Source: Octopus sinensis (taxonomy: Eukaryota). Taken from it: a DNA stretch of 64,000 nucleotides. Numbering within the stretch: the first letter of the stretch is position 1; the number at the start of each line of letters is the position of its first letter. The stretch is from positions 51,150,001 to 51,214,000 of the forward strand of contig NC_043010.1 of assembly GCF_006345805.1 (NCBI RefSeq). The letters are read 5' to 3'. A program made the position numbers and the translations under genes. A model generated the notes under the pieces. It worked only from the letters and a program-made list of their open reading frames with translations. It did no database searches and was not told the origin of the DNA. Positions 1-13,502 of the stretch are shown here, piece after piece.

Positions 1-255
1 TGGGAGGAGGACATTGTGAATCAGCTCACCCTCTGGACACCAGGCCACATGACCGGACCACCTTAAGAACCGTTGTAGAAGCACCAAAGGGAGGGGCCGG
101 AGATTCAGGCGATGATGAAGACCAGCTGTAGGAACCTGATCAATGTGTTGTCAGCGAAGAATGCGGTGGACACAGTCATTATCGAACACCTCCAGCCTTC
201 GCTGATTGACTACCCTCATAGGCCATATTTCACAACCATAGAGGAGAATAGTACG
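1..255 (-). mobile_element. RTE-type LINE ORF C-terminal fragment
   Basis: Translation YGCEIW...RRLEVFDNDCVHRILR...LRWSGHV. Confidence 0.75.
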
Positions 256-1145
256 AACGATGGCCTGGTAGATTCGCCCTTTGGTCACCGAGGAGATCTC
301 CTCGGTGACCAAAGGGTGATCTTGTTAATGAGAGCTTGAGTAAAAGAACATGTAAATCATCAAATAAATGTAGATCGTTTTTCATAATTTCTGTATATTT
401 AGTAATTTTGTAAAGTCGTTCTTTTGGTACATGAAAAAAATATGAACTCACCTAGAAACAAGCCCTAGGGCATCATTTTGGAGTAGAAATTAAAATAAGC
501 AGTCTTATTTTCGGGGAAACACGGTGTATATATGTATATGTCTATGTGTGTGTGTCTTTGTGTCTGTGTTTGTCCCCTGCCACTGATTGACAACTGGTGT
601 TGGTGTGTTTACGTCCCTGTAACTTGGCAGTTTGGCAAAAGTGACTGATAGAATAAGTACTAGGCTTAAAAAATAAGTCCTGGGGTTGATTTGTTCAACT
701 AAAATCCTCTAAAGAGGTGCCCCAGCAAGGCCACAATCAAATGACTAAAAGAAGTAAAAGAAAAAAGATAAACATCAAAGACACTTTGCCCCTCAGACAA
801 ACTGCAGGAGCTACTCTTTTGAATCCATAGCAATGCCAGAAACCCTTCCATATCATCAGTAGGTTTCTCAGGGTCGCGAGCATTCAGATCAATAACAAAA
901 ATCAATAATTAGAAATATTCAAATCTTCAAAAATATCCAGTATTGTATGAATGAATGAATGAGAAAAGAAATAGCAGTTATAACAATCCTATCTACTATA
1001 AGCGCAAGGCCTGAAATTTTTGTGGGGAGAGAGAGCTAGTTGATTCCATTAAGCCCAGTACTTGAAGAATTGCAAGTATTTTATCAACCACTGAAAGGAT
1101 GAAAGGCAAAGTTGATCACAGCAGAATTTAAGCTCAGAAGATATA

Positions 1146-1259
1146 GAAAGAAGAAGAAGAAGAAGAAGAAGAAGAAGAAGAAGAAGAAGAAGAAGAAGAA
1201 GAAGAAGAAGAAGAAGAAGGTGGTGGTGGTGGTGGTGTTGGTGGTGGTGTTGGTGGTGG

Positions 1260-1301
<42 letters not shown>

Positions 1302-1345
1302 CAACGACGACGACGATGACGACAACGACAACAACAACAATGATA
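1146..1345. repeat. Compound triplet microsatellite (AAG)n-(GGT)n-(GAT)n-(GAC/AAC)n; similar tracts at 10345-10745, 11340-11720, 17430-17700, 32640-32810, and tetranucleotide mosaic 54560-55270
   Basis: Read directly from the sequence. Confidence 0.95.
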
Positions 1346-2509
1346 ATAATCCTTCCTAGTAAGAGTACAAGGCTTGAAATTTCGAGGGAGAAGGCAAGTC
1401 AATTACATCAACCCTAGTTTTCAGTTGGTACTTGTTTTATCAGCCCCAAAAGGGTGAAAGGCAAAGTTGACCTCAGCAGAATTTGAACTCAGAACATGAA
1501 GATGACGAAATAACACCAAGCATTTTGCCTGGTATGCTAATGATTTTTGTCACCTCACCCCCATGGCAGAATTGTTAGCATGCCAGGTAAAATGCTTAGC
1601 AGTATTTTCTCCATCTTTACATTCTGAGCTCAAGGTCAACTTTACCTGTCACGTATTTGGGGTTGATAAAATTTTTACATCTATTACATTTTACAATTTT
1701 TACATCTAAGTTGCAGGCATGGCTGTGTGGTAAAAAGGTTGCTTTCTAACCACAGAATTTCAGGTTCAATCCCACTACATGATACCTTGGGAAAGTATCT
1801 TCTGCTATAGCCCCAGGCAAACCAAAAGCTTTGTGGAGTGGATGTGGTAGATGGAAACTGAAAGAAGCTTGTTGGGTATATATGTATGCAAGTTAGAGCT
1901 TGCATTAATAGTACCATTTGTATGGATAGTAAAGACCAAAGGATTGTTACTCCTTCAGTTTCATACCAGTTTTCTCTATGTTCTGCATTATACCATCTGC
2001 ATATTATCCAGTGGATGTATTGCCCCACCTTGTCATATCTGATTTTATATTCAGTTGGTGTTAGTGCAGAGTATCCTGATATTATATGGGCAATAGTTTC
2101 AAGCTGTACACCACATATCCTTTATTTGAGGTCTGCACCATTTCTGAAAATATTTACATGATAATTCCTAATAGAGAGGCTTTCTGGTCCTTCAGTTTCA
2201 GCTTTTAATCCCGAACTTCACAGCCACTGATGGATTTGGCCTTGGTCTACATTAGTATCTTGGGTACAAAGTGGGAATTTGCTGTCATGAGGTTTTTGTT
2301 GTCAGCTTTCTCTAAACGTTTTTAGACCTTCTGACTTTGTTTTGCTTCTATCGATGTTTGCTCCTTTAGTTGGAATTAGGTCAGCTTCTAATAATAATAG
2401 CTTATTTCACCCTTATTGTAGCCACTATTTGTTCCATGTACTTCTCAAGATTTTTACTCACTGTTCCTAGGGCTCCGGCAATTATTGGCACTACTACTAC
2501 CTTTTTCAT

Positions 2510-2762
2510 TGACAAGGTTGTTTATGGGAGACCAGCAGTCACCCATGCATACCGGCCTCCCCTCTCCACGCCACCGATGTTATCCAAGAGAAAGGCAAAG
2601 GCCGATACAACTTGGCACCTGTGACGTTGCAATTCATTACTGGAGCAATGTGAAATAAAGTGTCTTGCTCAAGAACACAACATGCAGCCCGATCCGGGAT
2701 TCGAACTCACAACCTCACGATTGTAAGCTCGATGCTCTAACCACTGAGCCATGCGCCTTCAC
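2510..2762 (-). mobile_element. tRNA-derived SINE family D (related heads about 40850-41160 and 42220-42540)
   Basis: GGCGCATGGCTCAGTGGTTAGAGC...GAGTTCGAATCCC head followed by a non-tRNA body GCAAGACACTTTATTTCAC. Confidence 0.85.
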
Positions 2763-3360
2763 ACAATTGTGGGCAATAAAGAGAGTAACTGTCGTCCCAG
2801 CAGTTTTTGGGACACTGGGAACATTAACAACCAGATTTGAGAAATTTGTTGGAGAAAATGGGATGGACAGAAGGGTAGAACATGCTCAGAGGAACAACTT
2901 TATTGGGGACAGTGAGGATTTTGAGGATAGTAGTATTTGGATGTAATCATGAAAAGAGACCCTATAAGATCCTTGACAACAGGTTGTTGTCTGCTCCTAA
3001 AGAATCAGCCAGAGCAAATGAAACCAAGAGCTCTGAGAAGTGAAATAGAAATAATAATAATAATAATGATAATAATTATAATAATGATAATAATAATAAT
3101 CCTTCATTCTTTTATTAGCCACAAGGTCTTACATAAAACAACTTTAAATGACATGACACAACAAGAGCAACAACAACAACAACAATAATAATAATAATAA
3201 TAATTATTATTATTATTATTGAGTGAGAGAGCAGTTCATGCCATCAAAGTGACACTGGGGTAAAATATACGAAGCCCAATATACCCATCATGACTACCCG
3301 TCTGATAAGAGCACACCAGGCACATGCATCACAACCATATGTGCGCGATATGGTGATCTC

Positions 3361-3410
<50 letters not shown>

Positions 3411-5084
3411 TATCATTCATTATTATTGTTATTATTATTATTGTTATTATTATTATCATCATTATTATTATTCATTCTTTCATTAGCTACAAAGGCTTAC
3501 ATAAACAACATTAAATGACATGACACAACAACAACATCAACAACAACAACAAAAACAACAACAACAACAACAACAACACCAATAATAATAATTGAACTCA
3601 CATTATATTCTTGAAATTGTTTCTTCAAAACATTGAGTATTCATAGCTAAGTTATTGTTGTTGTATAGGCAGCTCAGCCCTGATCCAGCAGATCTGGTCC
3701 AGCCATGGCCACCTTGTCTACTTTTCAAAGACAATGAATTTCTAGGGATACATTACATGATGCATACTTTGCTTCCTTTTTCTTTGTTTTTTTTCTTTTC
3801 TTTTTCTATTTTGAGACTGCAGGTTATAATTTGCTGGAGATTTGGTTGCTATTTCTAGCTGGTAGTACAACCACTTAAATGGATCCTCACCAAAGGCTTT
3901 CATCTGTTTTCACCAGCATGGACATTTCTGTCTGTGAACTGTTTGACTGTTTCCCAGTAAACTAGATCCACAAAAACAACACATGCAAAGAGGAGGGAGG
4001 AAGAAAGAGAGAGAGGAGGAGGAGGAGGAGGAGGGGGAGAGAAAGAGTGAGGAAGAGAAAGAGTGAGGAAGAGAGAGAGAGGAGGAGGGAGAGGGAGAGA
4101 AAGAGTGAGGGGGAGAGAGTAGTACGTAGAATTGTAATCACAGCAACTCTACATTCACACATGTCTGATATACTTTATTCCACCATCACCATCACCATCA
4201 CCATCATCATCATCAACAATACTACTGCCACCATCTTCCCCGCCGTCATCACCTTAAACACTACCACCCCCGCCATCGATATCATCATCTCTGTCATTTT
4301 CACTACTTTCTTCACCCCACAAACACCCACACCGTCATCATCATCACCATCGTCATCACCGCCATCATCGGGCCCCACCTTTAACCCTTACATTAGAAAT
4401 ACTAGTAATAATAATAACCAGAAGAACAACAGCAAAGCAGTAATAGTAATTATTATTATTTCATATATGCACAACAGATTAGACTGATAGAAAAAAATAC
4501 TATTATTGTTGTTGTTGTTGTTGTTGTTGTTGGTAGTGGTGGTGGTGGTGGTGTTTGTAATTGATAGTGAAGTGGCTAACAAAATCAATTTACATACAAA
4601 GAAATGAAGTGAATTGATTTATAATTGCAATAACTAACTACTTAAGGGTGACTGACAGAAGTGCAAAGGAGATAGTATTAGTAGTAGAACGAAGAGGAGG
4701 TGGAGGAGGAGAAAGAGGAGGACGGGAGGGGAGGAGATAGCAAAATCAATGAAAGTCAAATGAATAAATCAAGATCAGCTTTGAGCATTTGTTTTTGTAT
4801 TTTTTTTTTATACATATTGTGATGGTGATTAAGGCATTTTGACTTTGATAGAGGAAGAAGGGAAGGAGGCAGGGCAGTATCTGAGTCCCTTTTCTAAGGG
4901 GGTCTTAAAACCATGCGCTCAGCTCTTTTAGACTAGTCTTTTACAATATAATGATTGTAGTCATCACGGCTGTTCCAAACACACAAGAAGCAGATATTTT
5001 TGGTATATCCCAGCTACAGTCCTAGGAGGAGGGAAATAGTTAAGTTGAGTTAAGTTTTTGGCTCAAAAAGCAAGGCCATGTAGG

Positions 5085-5505
5085 GGGACATGGAGTTATG
5101 TACAGGGAGGGTGTTCACGCAAAGAGTTCAGGCCATTTATGGTCAAGAGAGACTTTGAACCGAGCGGTCATCGGCATCTTCACTATCTCGTCCGGCAGCT
5201 TATTCCACGGATCCGCAACCTGGACGGAGAAAGCCCCTCTCCTTCGATTGAGATGAAATCGTCGCAGATAGAGCTTTTTGGAGTGATGCCACAGCCGACA
5301 CTCTGGAGCAAGAGTGAAGTTACACTTTCCGCTTATGATGTTGTGAGTGAGAATGAGATCATCACGGCGGCGGCGTTTTCTAGAGAATAAAGGTCGAGCG
5401 TCTTCAGCCTTTCTTCATAAGACAAATGCTTGAGACCAAGAACCATGTGGGTAGCCAGCTTCTGGACTCTTTCGAGATGATGTATGTCTTTGAGGAGAAA
5501 TCACC
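5085..5505 (-). mobile_element. CR1/L2-type LINE 3' fragment
   Basis: Cross-frame translation KDIHHLERVQKLAT...LSYEERLKTLDLYSLE...WNKLPDEIV...FKVSLDHKW, typical of the CR1 ORF2 C-terminus. Confidence 0.85.
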
Positions 5506-6790
5506 ATAAATATTCCATTTATGAATTGAGTAATTAACTCCTTTCAGAACAAGATCCATCAATTCATAAGTTTCTTCAATACCGACAATATGACCCACAG
5601 GTATGGAAGGTTTTTCATTACCATTATGTAACAATACAGCTTTGAGGCTAACCTTACTTGAGTCCATAAACAATTTCCATTCATAAGCCACATCCACGTG
5701 TCCTAGTTTTTGTATGAGTGCATTAAAGTCAATAGAGAAACAAGCATTATTTTCTTGCTTGAAAAAAAACCAGATAAGCCTCTATGGTGAGAATGGAAAA
5801 TAGAATTTTTGTCCCTTACTGTAGGAGATTCCATTGCTGTAGTCTGGATCCCAAAACTTCTGCCTTCTCTTTTGACAATGATAGGTCTTTCACTAAATCG
5901 TTCAAATTTTCTTGATTAAACAAGCATGACTCATTTTTTTTAGAATCAACTTTGTACTCTTCATTAAGAGGAGAATCAGGGGCTTCATTGTGACACACAT
6001 CAAGGTCTTCAAGTGAATTATGTGAGAGGGGAACTGGGACAGGGTTTTCAAAGTCATGTGGGATCGGTTTTAGAGCTGACTTACAATCTGCATACACAAT
6101 TTTTGCTTTAGTCTTCTTTGAGAAACCACTAATATTAGTCATGCAAAAGTAACAATCAGACATGATTGATTGGCTTATGCCATACCAATGGTAAAGCAAA
6201 AGGCATTCCCTTCCGTTTTCCATCCAACCACCATGTAAGCCCTGCATAACATGGTGCAACATATATGAGGTGCCCACCCCTTGTCTTGGTCCCTAACTTT
6301 ACACCTGGAATAATATTTACAGGTAGTTTTTAATATAGTGGCAATGTTCTTCCACTGGTCATCATCATCATCATCATCCAGTGTTTTAAATCGGGGTTTT
6401 GTTCCTATTAATGGGAGTGACCGGATCTACCTCATGTGCCATAGCAACTGAGGTAGGCAGGTGCAGCCCACCTCAACTTTTGGGCTGGGTGGTGCCCATT
6501 CTTCTTTGCTGTCATGAGGCCTTTTTGAAGCTGGATTTTCTATTGGGAGCATGCCCTTTCTTACCCCCAATCTCAGATTCTAGACATGAGTGGTCCTGAG
6601 ACCAAGGCCTCTACTACGATTTTTAAGAAATGTGGTGGAAAACAAGTTCAGGTAGAAAAGGATGCTACTCCCTGAGACCCCATTCAGAGACCCCCCCCCC
6701 ACTACCTGGTCATGTGGAGCAAATTTTCTGCAGACATAACAAAAGTTGTCTGGGTGATTCACACAGCTTCTCCTGTTCATGATCTAACAC
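5505..6790 (-). mobile_element. Fragmented transposase-like relic of a widespread metazoan family (superfamily not assigned)
   Basis: Motifs CVNHPDNFCYVC, DQDKGWAPHICC, SDCYFC, LNDLVKDLSLSKEKAEVLGSRL and WKLFMDSSKVSLKAVLLHNGN. Frameshifted and interrupted at about 6360-6700. Confidence 0.75.
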
Positions 6791-8749
6791 AATGAACACA
6801 GTTAAAACAGTAATGACACAGAGCGAGAGATATATGTAGAGCAAGAGATACAAATAGGTGCAGGAGCGGCTGTGTGGTAAGTAGCTTGCTTACCAGCCAC
6901 ATGGTTCCAGGTTCATTCCCACAGTGTGGAACCTTGGGCAAGTCTCTTCTACTACAGCCTCAGGCCAAACAAAGCCTTGTGAGTGGATTTGGTAGATGGA
7001 AACTGAAAGAAGCTCATCGTATATATGCACATATATGTGTGTGTGAGTGTTTGTGTGTTTGTGTATGTCACCCCAACATCGCTTGACAACCAATGCTGGT
7101 GTGTTTGCGTCCCTGTAACTTAGCAGTTCAGCAAAGGAGAACAATAGAATAAGTACTAAGTTTACAAAGAATAAGTCCTGGGGTTAATTTGTTCAACTAA
7201 AGATGGTGCTCCAGCATGGCTGCAGTCAAATGACTGAGACAAGTAAAAGAGTAGAAGAGTGAGAGTATACCACACGTGACAGCAGCACAAATGCCACTGA
7301 GAGTTACCAAGAACAAACTGACATATGAGGCATTGCACACAATACATTAGTGCTATCTATTGCTAAACTAAATTATGAACTTTCTCATCATTTGTTTTAT
7401 TGCTGTTATTTCTTTAATTTTGAATTAAGACTGCTTTCATTTTAGTTTAAGTTTATGGAACACAGAAACAACATTGAATTGAATTAAATATAACTGGATA
7501 TGAGCTTACGGAACACAAAAATAATATTTATATATCACCTGATGAATTATACGATCTCACAATATAGGGAAATGGTTACATAACCAAATACCTGAAAACC
7601 TGCATGGAAACAATTGTAGTGATTACATATAAATGTCCTGTAATCCTTGTTGACTCCAACTTATTCAATTATATATATCTATGCATGTATGTATATATGT
7701 ATGTATATATACATCTCTCTCTTTCTCTCCTTCTCTCTCTCTCTCTCTCTTGAAACGTAAAAGACTTTTTCTATTCCTGAGCGCTATACTAATACATTTG
7801 TTTGTTTGTACTCCACTTGCCTTCATCTTTTGTTTGTTTTCGTAAACTTTCCCTTTATATATATATATACATATATATATATACGTACATACACACACGT
7901 GCACGCACATATGCACACACATATAAATATAGAGATACACAGAGAAAGAGGCACAAAAGGAAGGGGGAGGGTATGCATATGGTGTAGTGTCTTGTAAAAG
8001 GACAACAGCAGAGTTTTTCCAGTCTATATAATTTCTAATGGCATGCAGGCACTAATGATATAAGTTCTGTTAAGACTGGTGGCAAAACGTCATGGAAATA
8101 GGAACAATACAGTATTAGTTTAATCAATAACATATTAGATGTAAAGAAATCTTTATAATAATTATAGATATTTATTTCTTGGTATTGATCTTAGAATGTT
8201 AGTTAGGTCACACTTAATTGCCAGAAATACTTACAAACTCAGAGCTAACCACATATAGCTTCATCATCATCATCCAGTGCTTTAAATTAACAGGGGTGAT
8301 CAGATCTACATCAATGCCATAGCAACCACCCTCACACCATCTTGCCCAGTTTTGGGCATCCTCCTTTCTCAAATCAACCTGCCCAATCTCCCCCTTCACA
8401 TTTTCCTCAGTCAACCTTGCTTTCACACTCCATTTACCTCAAATGCAATCACCCTCCCCAGAACATGCTCTTCATCCTTCATTAACACATGCCCATACTA
8501 CCTCATTCCATTTGCCCTCACCAAGCATTCCAGTTTAAGTTTACAAAGACTTGTTGATGATAGGTGAATTGCCAATCAGTACTTAAATCTACCCACGACA
8601 AACAAGGGCAACAATTCCTAATTTTAAAATATTTGGAAATGATTTTTATGAGCTCAGTCCCACTTTGGGCAAGCTTCTTCTACTATAGCCTCAGGCTGAC
8701 CAAAGCCTTGGGAGTGGATTTGGTAGAAGGAAACCGAAAGAAGCCTATC

Positions 8750-8784
<35 letters not shown>

Positions 8785-10608
8785 TATTAGACTATAATAT
8801 GTGTGTGTGTGTGTCTTTGTGTCTGTGTTTGTTCCCCACCACTGCTTAACAACTGGTGTTGGCAAGTTTATGTCCCTGTAACTTAGCAGTTTGTCAAAAC
8901 ACACCAATAGAATGAGTACCAGGCTTAAAAACAAAAAAAAAGTCCTGGGAAGCACTTATTTATAAAATCCTAGTAATCTTGGGTTGAACATTTACAGTAC
9001 AGGAAGGATTATACCATATGATATTTCATTTACTATTCTTACATTTGTCGGGGAGGGGTTAGAATTAATGATGTTCTGTGTATGTTGTATTCAGTCACTG
9101 AATCCACATTTGAATAACTGATAATATGAAACTCAGAGTAATGATTCCAGAAGCTTCAGCTTCCCAAAAATATAAACAGATTCTACTTTATACTTTAAGG
9201 ATTTTTTCTTCAGCAGTACATACAAATGTTCACCAATCCACATGCACACATACACATATACATACACACACAAAGACGCAGAGACGTACACATATACATG
9301 TGTGTGTATAGTGTGTGTATGTGTGTGTGTGATATTAAATCTTCAATATTTCAGAAAGATTTAGAACATGACAATTTCATAAAAATTAATATTCTTACAG
9401 TATTTCCATGATGCAATACAATCTAAGATCTGAGAAACAAAATTGCATAGTAATAGTCTTACAGTAATAGTCTTATGATGCAGTTCTTGTACTATTTTTG
9501 GGAGCTGTTAAGACAACTATGATTGCATATGTGTGTTGAAAATTTTCTTTTATTTGTAATTATTTGAAATTTTCCTGTAAAGAAAGAGTTGGTTTCTAAC
9601 GAAGATACAAACATCTATCATTGGAATGTAGATAACAAAAACAAAATCACATTTTCAATTAGAAGAAAGTCTCTCATTGTTTTCTTTTTCTTTTCTGCTT
9701 ACAGATTGTATTTGTAATATGAGTGTTAACTGGTTGATTTCTCTTTCTGAAAAAAAAAACCCAGCTTTTCTTTCTCTCCTTAATTTGGAATAAATTTGAA
9801 AGTTTGTAGAAAGGTTTTAAATTAGAAAGTGTGCTAGGAAGGTTGTATGTATGTATGTATTTATGTATCTATGTATATATGTATGTATGCATGTATGTAT
9901 GTACATATGAATGAATGAAAGTGTATGTGTGTGTATGTATGCATGTATGTATGTATATATGAATGAATGTGCGTGTGTGTGTGTATGTGTGTGTGTCTGT
10001 GTGTGTGTGTGTGTGTGTGTGCTTGGTTGCTCTTTGCATGCTGGGCTGGGCTTCTACAAGCATAGCAATAGTCTTGCTATCAATTACAGGTAATGTTGTC
10101 TTCTTAATGTCAACCACGAAAGCTCGTCTGAGCTCCTTGACTTGTCCTGACATGTTGCATGACCCTTGTATGCAAAAGGGGCCAGTAACTATGTCCGTGC
10201 AGTTTCTTATTTAAATAAATTAAGGTAAATACTTCATTGCTTAGAAACAGGTGGAAGTTGGTGACAGGGAGAGCATCCAGCCGTAGGAAATCTGCATCAA
10301 TGAATTCTGCCTGACCTATGCTAACATAGGTAAGTGGATTTAAAATGACAAAGAGGAAGATGATGATGATAATGAAAATGATGATGATGATGATGATGAT
10401 AGTGACGACAACGGCGATGACTACAACAGCGATAACGATGATGATGATGACGATGATGACGATGACGATGATGATGACGATGATGATGATGATGGTGATG
10501 ATGACAATCGTGATGATTATGATGATGACAATGACAATGGTAAGAATGGTTATAGTGATGATGATGATGATGATGATGACAACGACAACGACTATGACAG
10601 CGATGACA

Positions 10609-10646
<38 letters not shown>

Positions 10647-12042
10647 AACAATGGTAAGAATGGTTATGGTGATGATGATGATGATGACGATGATGATGCC
10701 GACAATGACAATGATGACAACAACAATAATGACAGCACCAATAATGATGGACATAAGCAAAAGGCTGTATAAGGAAGGGAAGAGATCATAGTTGATTTAC
10801 TCTTTTTTTACTCGTTTACTTGTTTCAGTTATTTGACTGTGGCCATGCTGGAGCACCACATTTAGCCGAGCAAATCAACCCCAGGACTTATTCTTTGTAA
10901 GCCTAGTACTTATTCTATCAGTCTCTTTTGCCAAACCACTAAGTTACAGCGACGTAAACACACCAGCATCGGTTGTCAAGCAATGTCGGGGGGACAAACA
11001 CAGATACACAAACATATACACACACATATATATACGACGGGCTTCTTTCAGTTTCCGTTTACCAAATCCACTCACAAGGCTTTGGTCAACCCGAGGCTAT
11101 AGTAGAAGACATTTAGCCGAGGTGCCATTCCCAATATTTTATTGTTGCTCTATTTCATTGAATTTGAGAAAATTTGTCCTCTGTGGTGGCACTGTGTGAT
11201 TTGAACTCAGAACATAAGCAGTTGCTACTGAATATCACAGGACAATTTTTTTTCCAACAACCACACCACTGCCATTTATTTTATATTAAGTGATGTAATT
11301 CAGTAGATTCAGTGATGATGGTTCAACTGCAAAACCGCTGTCTGGTGGTGGTGGTGAGGGGGGATGGTGGTGGTGGTGGTGGTGGTGGGTGGTGGTTGTG
11401 GCACTGGTGGTGGCACTAGTGGTGGCACTGGTGGTGGCAGTGGTAGAGGTGATGATGCGGATGGCAACGTTGATGGTGGTTGTATGATAGTTGTGGTAGT
11501 GGTGGCTGTAGTATGATGGTGATGGTGGTGACTGGTGGTGGTGATGATGATGGTGGTTGTGTGATGGCTGTGACAGTGGAGGCAGTGGTGGTGGTGGTGG
11601 TGTGATGGTTGTGGCAGTGGAGGTAGCGGTATCAATGGTGGTGGTGATGGTGATGATTTAGATGGTAGTAGAGGCAGTGATGGTGGTAGTGGTGGTTGCA
11701 CCGGTGGCAACAGTAACAGCAGCAGTAATTATGGTAGCAACGATGGAACAACATTTCACGTAGTGTTAATTGCACATTAATAGTGAGCATGTGTGTGTGT
11801 GTGTGTGTGTGTGTGAACATGTGCAATATATTTGAAATACCAATAAATGATGCAATCTATTACTTTAATTACAGTTTTAAGTGGTTCTATTGTCTAACTA
11901 CAATCAGTCTCAAATCCAAAGTGGACATTTGTATGCTGTCTAAGACACAGTAAATACCACTTAACGATATGCAGTGATTCCCACTGAAGTGTATACATAC
12001 ACACCATAATGTGTATATATGTACATATATATAAGTATGTAA

Positions 12043-12094
<52 letters not shown>

Positions 12095-12124
12095 ATATGT
12101 ATATACTTATATATAAACAAATGT

Positions 12125-12430
12125 GTGGAGGCGCAATGGCCCAGTGGTTAGGGCAGCGGATTCGCGGTCGTAGGATTGCGGTTTCGATCCCCAGACCGGG
12201 CGTTGTGAGTGTTTATTGAGCGAAAACACTTATAGCTCCACGAGGCTCCGGCAGGGGGTGGTGGTGGTGGTCCCTGCTGTACTCTTTCGCCACAACTTTC
12301 TCTCACTCTTTCTTCTGTTGGCCTGCTCACTTAGCCAGCGGGGTGGCGTCATTTGAAGGCTAAAACAATGCGAAGCGCATTGTGACCAGCGATGTGTAGC
12401 AACATCTGATAGCCTGATCGGTCACGGTGA
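12125..12430 (+). mobile_element. tRNA-derived SINE family B (second copy about 31973-32260)
   Basis: GGAGGCGCAATGGCCCAGTGGTTAGGGCAGCGG...GGTTTCGATCCC head and shared body. Confidence 0.85.
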
Positions 12431-12485
12431 TATAAACAAATGTATATAGCTAAGTACATATACATACATATATATATGTATGTGT

Positions 12486-12517
<32 letters not shown>

Positions 12518-13096
12518 ATGTATTGGTGTACTCAACTAGCCAGCAGGGTGGCTTCATTCAAAAGTTAAAATGATGTAAAGCACATTGTGACCAGTGATGT
12601 ATAACAGTATTTGTTATACATCATATATGTATGTATAACAGTATTTGTTATACATACATATATTTGTATAACCAGCCAGCCCAAAGGAGAATTGTTCGAA
12701 GAAATGCCAGTATTTTTTTGCTGCCGGAAAAAAACTGCGCTTGCACGGTTGATTTGAAAAATGATAATGTATAAGCAAGAGGTACATGCTGGATTTGCCT
12801 TGTACTTATATGTTTAATCTAGGCATACCTGTTGATGAAGACTTCGCCTAGCAAATTATTTTATTTGCTAAAAAATGTCAGAAACCATGGTTCAGGAAAT
12901 AGACAGTAAATGTTTTTATTGTTCATTCCCTTCAAGTTTTTATCCCTAATAGTGGTTTGGACTTTAGCTGTTCCTTCTAGCGTGAATGGAATCCTATGAA
13001 GGATACCTCTTATGTGTTTAATTGTACACTGTATTTATATGAATAATATATAGTCTATTGACTAATTTTTCTACACACTATGCCACAGGTAGTAAA

Positions 13097-13136
<40 letters not shown>

Positions 13137-13468
13137 TATATGTATTATGTGAAATAGAAAGATGAATAATCTTGTAGTAGATTAATCAAAAGTTTAACCG
13201 ATACCTTAGTAGCAAAAATCACAGCAGTAAACAGCACGGTTGGAGGTACAACCATATGGTGTTGCAACCGTGCGTTGGTGCGGATAATTGAAATTAAAAC
13301 ATTATTGGTGAATTGAAAATGAAATAAAACGATTTCTGTTCAATCTGCGTTCAGCTCCATTTCTTCAATTCACCATATATATATATGTATATATATATAT
13401 GTGTAAGTATATATATATATATATAATATATATAATATATATATATGTATATATATATGTATGTATAT

Positions 13469-13502
<34 letters not shown>

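Noticed and set aside
2685-2762. tRNA-like cloverleaf (and similar heads at 6856, 12125, 59170)
   Set aside because: The acceptor stem does not pair and the sequence continues into a repeated SINE body; these are SINE heads, not tRNA genes.
5058-5390. 110-aa plus-strand ORF with GC-rich composition
   Set aside because: It is the antisense shadow of the CR1 3' fragment.
10110-10791. Long ORFs (216 and 148 aa) and similar ones at 1049-1417, 11309-11710 and 54530-55297
   Set aside because: Stop-free translations of tri-, di- and tetranucleotide microsatellites.
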